A stretch of 59,488 nt of DNA, filler included, from Sphacelaria rigidula (GCA_964200075.2; 10 parts of 10 records of this genome joined end to end with filler, not necessarily neighbours in it); one strand, 5' to 3'; numbered from the whole stretch's first letter, positions 12,913 through 24,345 are shown. Notes: generated from the letters alone by a model not told the origin. Numbers and translations: made by a program.

Positions 12913-13072
12913 TGTGCTGGACACGTACAAAGATATTCACAACACCTACGACCTTAAGGGGTCGTCCTTGGGTCGGTCGGCAAAAGAAGGGGAGAAGGTG
13001 CTTAAGGATAACGATCTCGCGGAGAAGCAGGGGAAGCTTCACCTGGGCTCCCAGCGAGAAGCATTTCTCAAG
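12913..13072 (+). CDS. Exon of phosphatidylinositol phosphate kinase (PIP5K/PIP4K family): VLDTYKDIHNTYDLKGSSLGRSAKEGEKVLKDNDL...EAFLK
   Basis: YDLKGS and LKDND motifs; poly-T plus TGCAG acceptor; AAG|GTAGAT donor. Confidence 0.9.
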
Positions 13073-13500
13073 GTAGATGTTGTTACATGCGTGGACCTGT
13101 CGTTCATAGAAATGGAAGAGGTCATCATTCATGGACCGCGAGTATACTGATTTTGGTGTACACTGAACATGATGCTCCCGTGCAGGACAAATCGAGTGTA
13201 CCACTACTTCAATAGATCAATCGTATTATGTCGTACATGTGAAGATATTGCAAGTAGGCTCTCAACGAGAACCAGTCTTTAAGGTACACGTTCTGTGTGT
13301 GACTTCCGAGTTTTGGACAAGAGCTTTCATGAAAGTCAACGAGTCAGGGAGTGAGTCTAATGCTATGTTGTGGAGTGCAGGGCAAGTACCGGGGAGCGAT
13401 GAATTGTGATTCCCTTGAGACGCCAGACTAGTCCAGAGGAAGCCAAGAATGTGACATCAAGAAATAAAGTTTTTCCTGATTTCTGAGTCGCAGCCTTAGG

Positions 13501-13971
13501 CCGCCTTATAACAGACAAAAATAAAAATCTGGAAAAGTGCCTTTTTTCAGCTTCTACGTCGTTTTACGCCCCAACAGAGAGCTAGGCAGAGTTGGACACC
13601 TTGGAATGACTTACTCCACTAGTTGAGACGGTTCCAGGACATTGTCCCGTTTTCCGGTGGCTGCAGTTTTTATTTTGGCCAAACAAGAGTTTTTGTCCAA
13701 GAACGGTAAATAACGGTCAAGTGCAGAGAACAGTGGTGATTTTCCCTAGATTTGACTGCTTTTTACCGTTCTTGGACAAATATTCTTGTTTGGCCAAAAT
13801 AAAAACTGCGGCCACCAGAAAACGGGAATATGTCCTGGAATCGCCTCAACTACTAGAGCAAGTCGTTCCAAGGTGTCGAACTCCGCCTAGCTCTCTTTTG
13901 GGGCGTACAACGACGCAAAAGCTCCAAAAAGGCACTTCTCCAGATTTTTATTTTTGTCTGTTATAAGGAGC
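13501..13971. mobile_element. ~470-bp almost fully palindromic foldback MITE in the PIP kinase intron
   Basis: CCTTATAACAGACAAAAATAAAAATCTGG... mirrored by ...CCAGATTTTTATTTTTGTCTGTTATAAGG. Related copy at 33822-34350. Confidence 0.85.
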
Positions 13972-15660
13972 AGCTTCAACGGCCAAAACGCGTAACGATG
14001 CCAACAAGGTGGCTGCGACAGTTTCACCCTGACGGACCTTATGTCCTCCCCGCGTTCCATTTCGTGGTGTGCGGTTGCTTCGCCAAAAGCGATGAACTCG
14101 CCCGGTTTTACTTTGTGATTTTTGGGGTGGTGTGTCATGTAAAAATGAGACAATCCCATTTATCGTTTGAGCGTAAATGGGGAGCAGGGTCATTCGTTGC
14201 ATGTCGTAATCATTTGGCCATTAATCATTCGCCCCCTTCGAGACGGAGCATCATTCCTACTCCTGGTAGAGACTCCTCCAATGTTTTGGGCCGTTCGTTT
14301 TCTCCGTGTGTTTAATCAGAATCATTTGCATATCTGATCTCCTTCCGGTTAGACGGTAGGAGGATGAATCCAAACGCTTGAAATGCCAGACGCGGTCAGA
14401 CGTTAAAATTGAAGCTGGCTTGAGTGTCGAGAGTATGGTCGGAGTAAGGATGTACGGTCTGTGGTGAGACCGACTGTAGTTGACCGCGAGTCACGGAAGT
14501 AGGACTCACGTGGCACCAAATCAATGTAGAAAACGATGGTAGTTGCAAGATTGCCCGGAGACCAACCGTCACGAGAGAGGAATGGGGTAGGAAGAATTCA
14601 GATCGCTTAATGAATACCTGTTTGTTCGGTCACTCGTGCAGTGCGTGCGGGGGGGGACTGAGAGACATGCGACCGCTTGGGTGTGATGCCAATCCTTTTG
14701 ATTTCAGAAGTTTCGTTTCTCTTTGTGCAAACATAGTCAAGGTTCAGCAAATTAGAGTCTGGGACTCACCGACTTTCGATCTCAGTGGTCATCGAATTAT
14801 TTTCATTTATTACATATTGATTTTTGTATTTGTCGTACTTCGAACCCCTCCCCTTCCTCGGCACAAGTCCGTGGTCTCAAGGGATCAACTCATCTCTCCC
14901 CGGTACATTGAAATCTCGTGTAAATCATGTCCGGTATCGTCATCTGCTGCATCACGCTGTAGAAATTTCGATGCCTTCATGGAACGGCCTAACTCAAGGG
15001 AGATTACATGAAACAACACGGTCCTTGATGGCGTAGGTCATTGGAAACAAAGCCAGGCGAATGAGGTGTGATAGAGTGCACCATGCCGTTGTCGAGGGGC
15101 ATACAATAAGGGGCATCACCCGGCTTTTTTCTTATCAGGGAATCCTCTATTCGAGTTTCGCCGAGGCTTTGAACCCGAACGCAAGTATTCGGCCAAAATT
15201 TGGGTCATGGTGCGAAACCAACATGCGGTGTTTTAGAAATCGTCGTTGCGAGGTTTGTGAGGGTTGAGTTGCGCGGTGATTCAACTAGCCTTCGTTTCAG
15301 CTCAAAGCTTGGGGGGTTGTTTTTACCTGCAATCCAGTTTCTTTATCGTCGTTTTTCCATGGTAGGTTGCGCCTGTACCTCGCGAGAACCGTCTACCGCC
15401 AGTATATTATTTTGATCGCGCCATGTTCGCTTGCCTTCATCAGTTGCGGGGCGAGTAGGTTCTGGTGAACAAAAATGAACAATGTTACATGATGGACTTT
15501 GGTTCGTGCGTACTGTATTTCCCATTTGTTTTTCCAGACTCGAGTCGTTGCATTTCGTGCTTCCACTCACTGCAGTTTAGGTTGTACAGGACACAGATTG
15601 ATTCACCCACCGTCTCAACCCCCCCCCCCCCCCCTTCTGCGCCGCCACCCCGAATATCAG

Positions 15661-15797
15661 GTGGTGCGAGCAGACTCCGAGTTTTTGGCGCGCATGAAGA
15701 TCATGGACTACTCCCTGCTCACGGGAATCCACGACAGAGCGGTGCCGGTGCCAGCGGAGGAGGAAATTCGACAGTCTCCGAGGCGTTACTCGAAATT
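15661..15797 (+). CDS. PIP kinase exon: VVRADSEFLARMKIMDYSLLTGIHDRAVP...
   Basis: D..FL....IMDYSLL.GIH catalytic motif; TCAG acceptor; GTAAGA donor; phase-compatible with the previous exon. Confidence 0.9.
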
Positions 15798-15967
15798 GTA
15801 AGAATTGCAAAAGTTCAGCGCCTCAGAGCGGGGCGCTCCCCCGGTTTGGCTCTACGCTTAGAATTATGTGCCCCAGCCCTTCTCTGTCTCTCTTTCTGTC
15901 TCTGTATCTGTCTACATTGTAGCTCCTTGACACTATAGAGTCTCCGATTCCCCACGAAGTTTCTCAA

Positions 15968-16087
15968 AAGTTGCTCCGGTAGTTGTTCCGACAGTTGCTC
16001 CGACGGTCACACCGACAGTTGTTCCGACGGTTGCCCCGACAAGTACGACGATATCTGCCCCCGACAGTTGCCCCGACAGTTGCCCCA
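15968..16087. repeat. 12-bp minisatellite (GTTGYYCCGACR)n
   Basis: About 9 degenerate units read directly. Confidence 0.85.
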
Positions 16088-16129
16088 CCAATATGTAACG
16101 TTCCGATATTTTGCCGCATTTCTTGACAG

Positions 16130-16492
16130 TTTCACGTTCGCTGACGAGGCGGAACACAAGACCACCCCGGGTTTCAAGCAGGTACCCGCACTCCCATCCA
16201 AGCCGCAACCGGGAACCATCGCCGCAAGCGGTAGCGACATCGCAACCCCTTCAAGATCAGCACCACCAACAGCAGCGACAACACAGAGTGGAAACGATCC
16301 AATGGACAGTATCGCGAAAGATTCAACGGGGTCGATCCCCAGTCGAGGGGTAGGGTCAGGGGAGGTCCGGCGGCAAGGTGGTCGAGCGTCGGAACGAATT
16401 TTGTCGTTTAGATCCGGCGCGTCTGCACTGGGGGGCGCCACGGTTCGCAAAGCGGAAGCGGGAGATAAAGCGGAGTCAGTGTTGTCGGGCAG
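16130..16492 (+). CDS. Probable further PIP kinase exon (Ser/Pro/Gly-rich insert)
   Basis: GACAG acceptor, CAG|GTACGG donor; phase 2 matches the end of exon 15661-15797; frame open throughout. Confidence 0.6.
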
Positions 16493-16622
16493 GTACGGGG
16501 CCCTTGTCGTGTCTCTTTTGGGTATCAGAAGGTGATGAGTCCTCGACGGACAATTGTGGGGATTTTTCTCTTCTGCTTGGTTATGTCCACTCCCTCCCCC
16601 ATGCCCCCCCACCCTCGCACAT

Positions 16623-17352
16623 AGCCTGGTCCGGCGAAAACCCGGCGTGCTCTGTCCCGATGAAGTCGGGACGGACCTATGGGGTTGGTGTTGGTTCGCA
16701 GTGGCGCTGGAAAACGCGTCACTCACTGGGTAAGCTAGGCAACCATGCTACATTTTGTTTGTGCCTTTGCTTTTTTGTTGTTGTTGTGGTGACCATGATG
16801 GTGGTCGAGCTAGATCATGTTGTGTGGGGTGGGAGAACCTCAACTCCGCACGATGGGGATGATCATACAACGTAGTGTTGAAAGGATGAGATACCCATGA
16901 GGCAGTGTGGAACCCATGGCTGTCTCTGGAAGTCACGATACCAGAGGATGAAGCAACTCATCTAGGGTATTGCCCAAATGCAAGATAATCAGTACGCCTC
17001 GGGCCGAACAATGTTAGCAGGATGCAGCTCACTCCTCATGCGACTCGCCAAACACATCAAGGCGCTTCGCGCTTGGTGATTGATTGCAAGCCTGGTCCGG
17101 CGAAAACCTGGCGTGCTCCGTCCCGGCTTTGTAGGGATCACACCCTGAACAATATATGGTTGATAGATGCTATGTACTCAAAACATACTGGAGTAAGTAT
17201 AGGCCTATTGCAACTATTGTCGACACAATAGTTGCAATAGGCCTGTGCTCAATCCAGTATAATTTAGGTCTATTGCATCTATTGACCACATACTGTCCGG
17301 GGTGTGGTAGGGATGAGAGGTCAAAGGCCGTATGACTGCGGCATGCAAGATT
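16623..17352 (+). mobile_element. Most complete family B copy, interrupted by a MITE at 17139-17306
   Basis: Head GCCTGGTCCGGCGAAAACC..., body, repeated head at ~17090, tail TATGACTGCGGCATGCAAGA, then a C-rich tract. Confidence 0.85.
17139..17306. mobile_element. 168-bp palindromic MITE, CACACCC...GGGTGTG ends, 8-bp TSD GTAGGGAT
   Basis: Exact TSD at 17131-17138 and 17307-17314; central palindrome AGGCCTATTGCAACTATTGT..ACAATAGTTGCAATAGGCCT. Confidence 0.9.
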
Positions 17353-17383
17353 ATGAGAATACCCTCCCCCCCTTCCCCCTCAA

Positions 17384-17414
<31 letters not shown>

Positions 17415-19213
17415 CCTATGGACCTCCGCATGTCCTTTGACGACAAGAGGTTTGTAGAGGCGACTTTTTTTGCCGACAAACGGCTAGGAATAGTTTTGTG
17501 TATTTTTTTGACACGGGCTACTTTGTGAGTTTGTAAAACTTTGCTTCGTGGTCACTCAGCAGTTTCCACCTCCTACACTAGTTTCACGATGTTTCCCCCT
17601 GCCCGCGTAGCTTCAGGATCGCTTATATTTGTTTGTCGTGTTGGCCGGGATCGAGTTTTTTTTACTCTGAAGCTCCTGTCCAGGAAACACACAGGGCCGC
17701 CCACCTCTCGAGTCATCATACGATAGGGGGGGGGGCGTACTCATTTGTTGCTTGCCTTAGTCATTTGACCATTGACCNNNNNNNNNNNNNNNNNNNNNNN
17801 NNNNNNNNNNNNNNNNNNNNNTTAATTAATTAANNNNNNNNNNNNNNNNNNNNNNNNNNNNNNNNNNNNNNNNNNNNTGACTGGTTGTGCGCAGGCTCCT
17901 GCACTTACCATAAATTGTATTTTGTGGAGGTACCTATCTATGATTTGCGTGTTGGTGCTATCGTAGAAAGTGTCGAGTCTGGCTTCTGATTAAGAGTACG
18001 CTTTTCAGCGGTTTGTGGAATTGATTGATTGATAAGAATCGACATCATTTCACTTGAAACGTTGGCGGGGGGGGGCTGATTCTCAACCCTGACGGCTCAA
18101 AGGTTTAGCATTTCGAGTAGTCGGTCGTTGGATATATAATCCGAAAGCAAACACACGCCGATATACGATTATTATTTATAACCGCGACGGGTTGCTACCC
18201 TACACTCGCATCCAATATATTGATCGGAAGAAAAAAATGAAATGATGAGATTATGTGCGACACGTATTCATGACCTGCTCAACGTGCAGAGGGGCATTAA
18301 TGAGCAGCATGTTCCTATGGTTGGTATGTGCGTTCTCCTTCTTTTTATCGTCATGTCAACAAAACGGATCGTTCCCTAATGTTGATCGTAAAGCTAAGGA
18401 CTCTCAATCCACACGTGTTCCGAAACATCGTTGGAAATAACCTTTCGATCGCTAGGATAGGTGGTGCATTGTACCGGCATCGCTACACCTGACATTCGAA
18501 AAATGTTTGTGTTTGATCCACTAACAGGAACACATGAGAACATCGTGTACCTATTTCAAGCCGACTCTCAATCGAGAGCTACGCTGTCAGTCTGGCGAGT
18601 ATCTTGATGTGTATCATGTTGGGCGTGTAGGCGTATATTACACTGGCCCACCCACCACGTACATCATTTATACTGTAGGGTCGTCAACGACACGAGCCCT
18701 ACTTTGCATTTACTTCGTCATAGTATAAATGGTGTTTTCGTTTGTCAGATTTGCGTTTGAACTTTTGTTCGGGTCAACAGATTGTACGTTACATACGTAG
18801 ACCGGGTGTATCTGCCTGCTGTTGCTGCCGTCTGTATGCTGAATGAAAAACCACACTTGCGTTTTTGTTCGTCCACCGTTTGATACCAAAATAGCACAAT
18901 GACCAGCTAAAAAACCTGCTTCCATGTATTTTTCGTCCAGCATTACTGGTACCGAGAGAGTCTAACTCATCTACACGCGGTTGTTGATTACCTTTTGTGG
19001 ATCACCAATTTTATTCAAGCGATCGTTTTCCTCGACGACACGCATGAGCATAGAACCCTCAACCTCCGTACTACAGTTTTCCCCAACCGGTTCACGGTTG
19101 CAGTTCCCCTTGTGTAAAGGTCTGGCTTTGACCCTCATGTCTGCTACCCCTGCCTGAGACGAAGTGCGTTATTCTTTCTGGACACTGTGCTGTGGTCGCA
19201 AAACAAAACGCAG

Positions 19214-19324
19214 GGGAGTGGGAACGTCGTGGAAGAGTTCAGGGAGGCGTGCGGACCGGCTGATCCAGAGGTGGCCCGAGTGCTGTACCCCGACACAATA
19301 AGGGCTCTCCTGGGTGTACAACAG
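19214..19324 (+). CDS. NME7: Exon of nucleoside diphosphate kinase (NME7-like): GSGNVVEEFREACGPADPEVARVLYPDTIRALLGVQQ
   Basis: FRE.CGPADPE.AR...P.T.RA..G is the NDK7-type Kpn-loop region. CGCAG acceptor; 111 nt in phase 0; likely GC donor. Absent from the ORF track. Confidence 0.75.
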
Positions 19325-19565
19325 GCGAGACGTTGTCATACTGCCGTTGCTGCACTCTTGTAGCTCTTCTTCATATCATCATCATCAGCATCACCATTAG
19401 AGAGTTTCGGAAAACGCTCTGTTGTCATTTCAGAGCGCAAATATCTCAGAATCAGAATGTAACGAAAATTTATTTCCCCCCTGTCGAATGTGGTCTCCTC
19501 TTGACTTTTTTTCGATGAGGTTTTTTTTTTCTATTATGCACTCTGATCCGGAGATATTTACACTC

Positions 19566-19882
19566 TCTTTTTTCTTGTGTTTCGCACTTTGAACCCCTCT
19601 CCTTCCTCGGGATGAGTCTGTGGTCTCAGGGGATCAACCCATCTCTCCCCCGGTACACACCTTGCATTTTGGTCTCGTGGATTGGATCATGACCAGCACT
19701 CCCGCACCGCGTCAACTCACGTCACAAAACCCAGTCGACGACTTTGTTTACTCACGTTCCCACACTTTCCACGGTGAAAGTCATACATTACGAAGAAAAA
19801 ACCCAACGCATCGGGAATCGAACCCTCGTTCTCCCCATCCTAAGGGCGATAGACGGACCATTACACTACCGGGGCACGGCGG
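19566..19882 (-). mobile_element. tRNA-headed SINE (other copies 48888-49201 and 3' part 14820-14930, both minus)
   Basis: Minus strand has A-box-like GGTAGTGTAATGG, B-box GGTTCGATTCC, a shared body and an A-rich tail. Confidence 0.8.
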
Positions 19883-20727
19883 CAATACTCTGAAATGACA
19901 AAAAAGCGTTCTCCGACACTCTCTATTACCCTCATCATCATCATCATCATCACCACCATCGCGAATGTTACTATTGCACCCTACCGTTTGGCTTGCATTC
20001 TAATTGGTAGGACTTTGAAACCGTTCTCTAAGGGGGCATTACAGGCATGTTTCTCGTGTAAACCTTGTCAAAATCTCAACACTCGCCAAACCCCAGAGCC
20101 AAACCCCCTCATTGATGCAGCTCACAAGAGCCTAAAGACTGCAAACATTGCGTCGAATGCAAATGTTCAACCTTCTGTGGGCCCTTATGTGAGGTGCAAA
20201 ATGTGAGAATTTTTGCTTCCAACACTCGGCGAGATTTGACATGTGGTGAGATTTACGCGAAGATAGGGCCTGCTAGCAAGGGCCCACAATTGATATCAAA
20301 TATACTAGAGTAAATGAAAGTTTATGATGTCCAGTATTAACAAATATCAAAATGTTCATACCCGCAACTAGCTTCTTCTGTGATGCGAGAATTCATTTAG
20401 ATGCCCGGGTGCCGTAGGGGTGCAAAATATGCAGCAAGATCTGGCTCGTGGGTGTTTCGCTACTCCGGGCTACTGCGCGGGGTTCAATGAAGTCAGATCA
20501 ACCACGGGCGTGTAACGTTCCGGATCTTTGTCGAGTATCCATGCTGATCGTGTTCCTCCCTGGCCCGACGGGCAAGCACGGCTGCTTTGTTGACTGTGCG
20601 TAAAATTTCGAAGGCGGAGACCTCAACTAATCTTGCCCCCATCTACCCCTGTGTTTGGATAATTAAATCTGTTGTTTTATTTGGGTAGTACTCTGAGTGC
20701 TACTCTCATCGAGAGTAACGCCACAGA

Positions 20728-21304
20728 CAGCCGATCATCGAGATTGAGGATGGAGATTTTCATTGAGAATGAGAACCCGTAGGATGAAAATCTTCGTGTC
20801 CAAACCGAATCTTCGAAATATCGTCCCATTCCTTCACCTACTGGTGGCTATTAAAATTTACTACACGCTCTACAAATTTGGATTTCGATTACTGAAATGT
20901 TGGGGTCCTAGATGTAAGAAAAAATTGGGGAAGTTGGGTGATCATATCGGAGCCCTGAAATTCCCCGAAATTGGTTTTTCATTTAGGACCTTAACATTTC
21001 GGTGATCGAAATCCAAACTTGTATGACGTGAAATACTTGTCAATAGCTACCAGCAGGGGAAGGAATGGGACCACATTTCGAAGGTTTGGCGTGGATACGA
21101 ACATTTCAATCCTCCGGGTTCTCATCGTTATCGAAATCCAAACTTGTATGACGTGAAAAACTTGTCAATAGCTACCAGTAGGTGAAGGAATGGGACCACA
21201 TTTCGAAGGTTTGGCGTGGATACGAACATTTCAATCCTCCGGGTTCTCATCCTCAATGTAAAGCTTCATCCTCAATCTCCATCCTCCATTTCGATGATCG
21301 GTTG
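20728..21304. mobile_element. Foldback MITE with CAGYCGATCATCGA termini and an internal ~123-bp tandem duplication
   Basis: Ends CAGCCGATCATCGA / TCGATGATCGGTTG; 21005-21126 is duplicated at ~21128-21250; copy without the duplication at 55373-55815. Confidence 0.85.
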
Positions 21305-21651
21305 TTCACAGTAAAGATTGCACACATTTGGCCCCAGAGCGTTCTTATTGAGGGGCTCCTCAAGTTGAGCGCTACACACATGTATGAGTCAAGACACCCC
21401 CGCTTTAAAATCAATTCGAGATGTCGTTAGACCATTGGGATGCTGATAGTGCGGTGCTCTCACATACTTCATACTACGCTTTTTTTTATGAGATAAAGGG
21501 TTCCAAACCATTCATCTCTGAAATATAATGTGCACACCTACCGTGGCGAACTCCGATGCCGGACGCATTTTAGATCTTTGAAAAAAACACCCGGATCGAC
21601 AACGAAGTAAAAAAGGAGTATGCTATATTTTTGTTCTGCTCATACCTTATT

Positions 21652-21748
21652 GTGGGTAGCTAGCCTGTGACCACGGAAGGCGTCCGCATCAGATGCCCAG
21701 TACGGATGTATCGCGCAGATATCGGGACGACGTCTTTTCAATATGAAG

Positions 21749-21790
<42 letters not shown>
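21652..21790 (+). mobile_element. Retroposon 3' end with (CAA)n tail (second copy 33688-33803, minus)
   Basis: TGTGACCACGGAAGGCGTCCGCATCAGATGCCCAGTACGGA shared; both end in CAA repeats. Confidence 0.75.
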
Positions 21791-22315
21791 TGATGTGATT
21801 GTTCCACCGTTCTGAACCTCAACCCAGCTGCTTTCGATTTTCCGAGCCCTACGAAGATCCCAATCTTTGCGTGTAACAGACATGATGAGCACCTTCATCG
21901 AGAGCGCAGCGTAGACAGTGCATACATATAGCCCTCAATTTGTGTCAGAGCGTTTCGGTGGAAGCGTGCGCCTAGACTTTCAGGGCATGCAGGTTGTGTG
22001 TAGACCTTCGCCGCAACAGAACACACATGTATGAAGTGATGGATGGAGTCCAGTAGAGTGCAAGGTGCCTCCATCGATTGCTCCCGGTTCCATATTGGCG
22101 GGTAACCGTCAACGGTCTGTGCTAACTAACCATGGCGTGGTATTTCCGCCGCGGAGCGTACAATTTCGGCATCGTTTGTACCGAGCACCTTTACGGATAC
22201 AAATATGCAATATCTCGCCTGAACTGGCCACTAGACCGCGAGGGCAGTCCATCTGAACCATGCATACTTTTCTCAAGTGAAAATTGATGCCGATTCAGCA
22301 GGTGACCAACCCTCG

Positions 22316-22650
22316 CGGTCGAAGGGTTAACCGGCGTCGGGCTACAAATGTTCATGGTACAAAACACATCTTACAAGTACCGCTACCCCCATAACCCCAA
22401 CCCCAACCTAACGCATACCGAAAACCCTCGGGCAAGGGCGGTACATAGCATTCCCGTGGTAAATAAAGTACGCCCGTGGTAGACCCCAAATCTGCGCCTG
22501 TGGCGCCGATTTGGACGAAAACGCGTTCTGCGCACGGCATTAGCGCACGGGACTGTCAGCCCTACTAAAGATCGATTCTCGTTGTACACTCAGGTCAAGT
22601 GATGTCTTAACCATGGACATTTTGTAGCCCAACGCCGGTTACCTCTACTG
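22316..22650. mobile_element. MITE with TAACCGGCGTYGGGCTACAA inverted repeats (truncated copy 25991-26155)
   Basis: TIR of ~30 bp at 22328 and 22610-22641; exact outer termini uncertain. Confidence 0.75.
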
Positions 22651-22898
22651 CATATGGGCGATACTGGCGGTCCCAAGCGTAGAAGTTCCCAGCTGCTCGG
22701 TGTGCTTGGCTCTTGTCCTTTTGATTCGCATGTAGATTTTGCCACCTTAGACCAGCCTCTTTTCCGGGACGGCTACCGCGGCATCACCCGGCACATTTGG
22801 GTAAATAATGGGCCGACATGGTTGCAGTAGGATGCTGTAGCCAATCAACTAGGACACGTAGCTTGTAGTAGATCCAGTGTAAGAGCCGGCGCCACTAA

Positions 22899-23091
22899 GG
22901 CCGTGTCTCATCAAATTGTTTCCGACTCGAAAACGCACGGTGAAATCCAATCTTCCTCGTACCTGATACGTCTACGGGATACGTGTTTCCAACCGTCTGA
23001 GAAAATAAATAGGGCGTGGACGAATCAGAAACGAGCGAATTGGATTCGACCGCACGTTTTCGACGTGAAAACAGCTTGATAAGACACGGCC
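22899..23091. mobile_element. PIF/Harbinger (Tourist-like) MITE
   Basis: TIR GGCCGTGTCTYATCAA; TAA duplicated at 22896-22898 and 23092-23094. Confidence 0.85.
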
Positions 23092-23936
23092 TAAGACGTC
23101 TGCTAAGTTGAATTAGTTGGTACAGAGTCTGATCTGGTGTACGACGAGTGACGCAGTATTGTTTTGTCTCTGACGAGAAATGGCAACTTGGGGGTGACGA
23201 TCTTCACACCCCACCCCCCCCCCATTTTTTCATTCTCCAACAGTACTCTGCTTCCAGAAGAGACTACTGTGCTTTATTCCTTGTTGGCCAAAGAAGCGCC
23301 CCGGGAACACAATTTTGTGGATCTTTCTTCTTCACTCCGAAAGCAAGCGGGCCTCATACCCACTGTGCATCCTCTGCAATTCTATCTGCTGACAATAGGG
23401 GGTCTCTGTCTCTTGACAGTATCACACCACACGAGCCTTCGAGCCATGCTACAATAGGGAGGGGGGGGGAGAGGGGGGGGGGGTTGATTCCACGAAACAA
23501 AATGCTCATAGATGCGTCAAACGACCTAAAACACTCGCGGTGCGCTTGTATTTGGATAAAAGCGGTGTAAAGCAGTATGAATGCGCGTTATTTATCGGAA
23601 GGAAGCGTGTCCGAACAACTGCTGCATGCTTTCAACGGCGATTAGAGTGGAATTTCGTGGAACAAGACCGCCCAAAATACGTTCATATACCATACTAGAG
23701 CGTTGGAAAGTTGCAGGCTGAGTAGGAGTCGGCAGANNNNNNNNNNNNNNNNNNNNNNNNNNNNNNNNNNNNNNNNNNNNTTAATTAATTAANNNNNNNN
23801 NNNNNNNNNNNNNNNNNNNNNNNNNNNNNNNNNNNNGGATGCGTGGTCAATGGTCAAACGACTGAGGCAAGCAACAAATAGGCACGCCCCCCTTCCCATA
23901 CACACACACTGCGTATGCACTTGCTTCCTGCATCAG

Positions 23937-24129
23937 CCTCGTCTGTGTCCATGTCGTGATCTCGCCGAGACTGAACACAATCGACGACATCAGTAGATTT
24001 TACCGCCGAATGGAACCCGTGGACGGTTCTCTGTCGGCCGACTTGCTGTGGTCCGATCCAAGCGACGACCAAGCAGTTGTACAGAGTGAGGAGACCGGTC
24101 ACAGCGCTGAGGGTAGTGTTATGCTAGAG
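23937..24129 (+). pseudogene. Inverted duplicate of a PPP phosphatase exon (LVCVHVVISPRLNTIDDI...DLLWSDP...)
   Basis: Mirror of 24154-24345 including acceptor and donor; HGG motif altered to HVV. Confidence 0.85.
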
Positions 24130-24153
24130 GTATGTGTACCATTTTGCACACAC

Positions 24154-24345
24154 CTCTAGCATCACACTACCCTCAACCTATGACCGGTCGCCCTACTCTG
24201 CACAACTGTTTGGTCGTCGCTAGGATCGGACCACAGCAAGTCGGCCAACAGAGAATCGTCCACGGGTTCCATTCGGTGGTAAAGTCCCCTGATATCGTCG
24301 AGTGTGTTTAGTCTCGGCAAGATCCCGCCGTGGATACAGAAGAGG
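24154..24345 (-). CDS. PPP phosphatase exon (LFCIHGGILPRLNTLDDIRGLYHRMEPVDDSLLADLLWSDP...), 1 nt shorter than its mirror copy and hitting TGA before the donor
   Basis: FCxHGG and DLLWSDP motifs; CATCAG acceptor in phase 2 matches the upstream exon. Confidence 0.8.

Noticed and set aside
16532..16556. Hammerhead-like GTGATGA-GTCC-TCGAC-GGAC-AATT
   Set aside because: Stem II is plausible, but the core lacks the C of CUGANGA and the GAAA, and no stems I/III were seen.
18580..18630. SGEYLDVYHVG as an upstream NME7 exon
   Set aside because: Only a few residues resemble NME7 and the expected GP..A.E continuation is absent.
19800..19882. Functional tRNA gene
   Set aside because: No proper acceptor stem could be paired, and it is fused to a multi-copy body and A-rich tail, so it is a SINE head.
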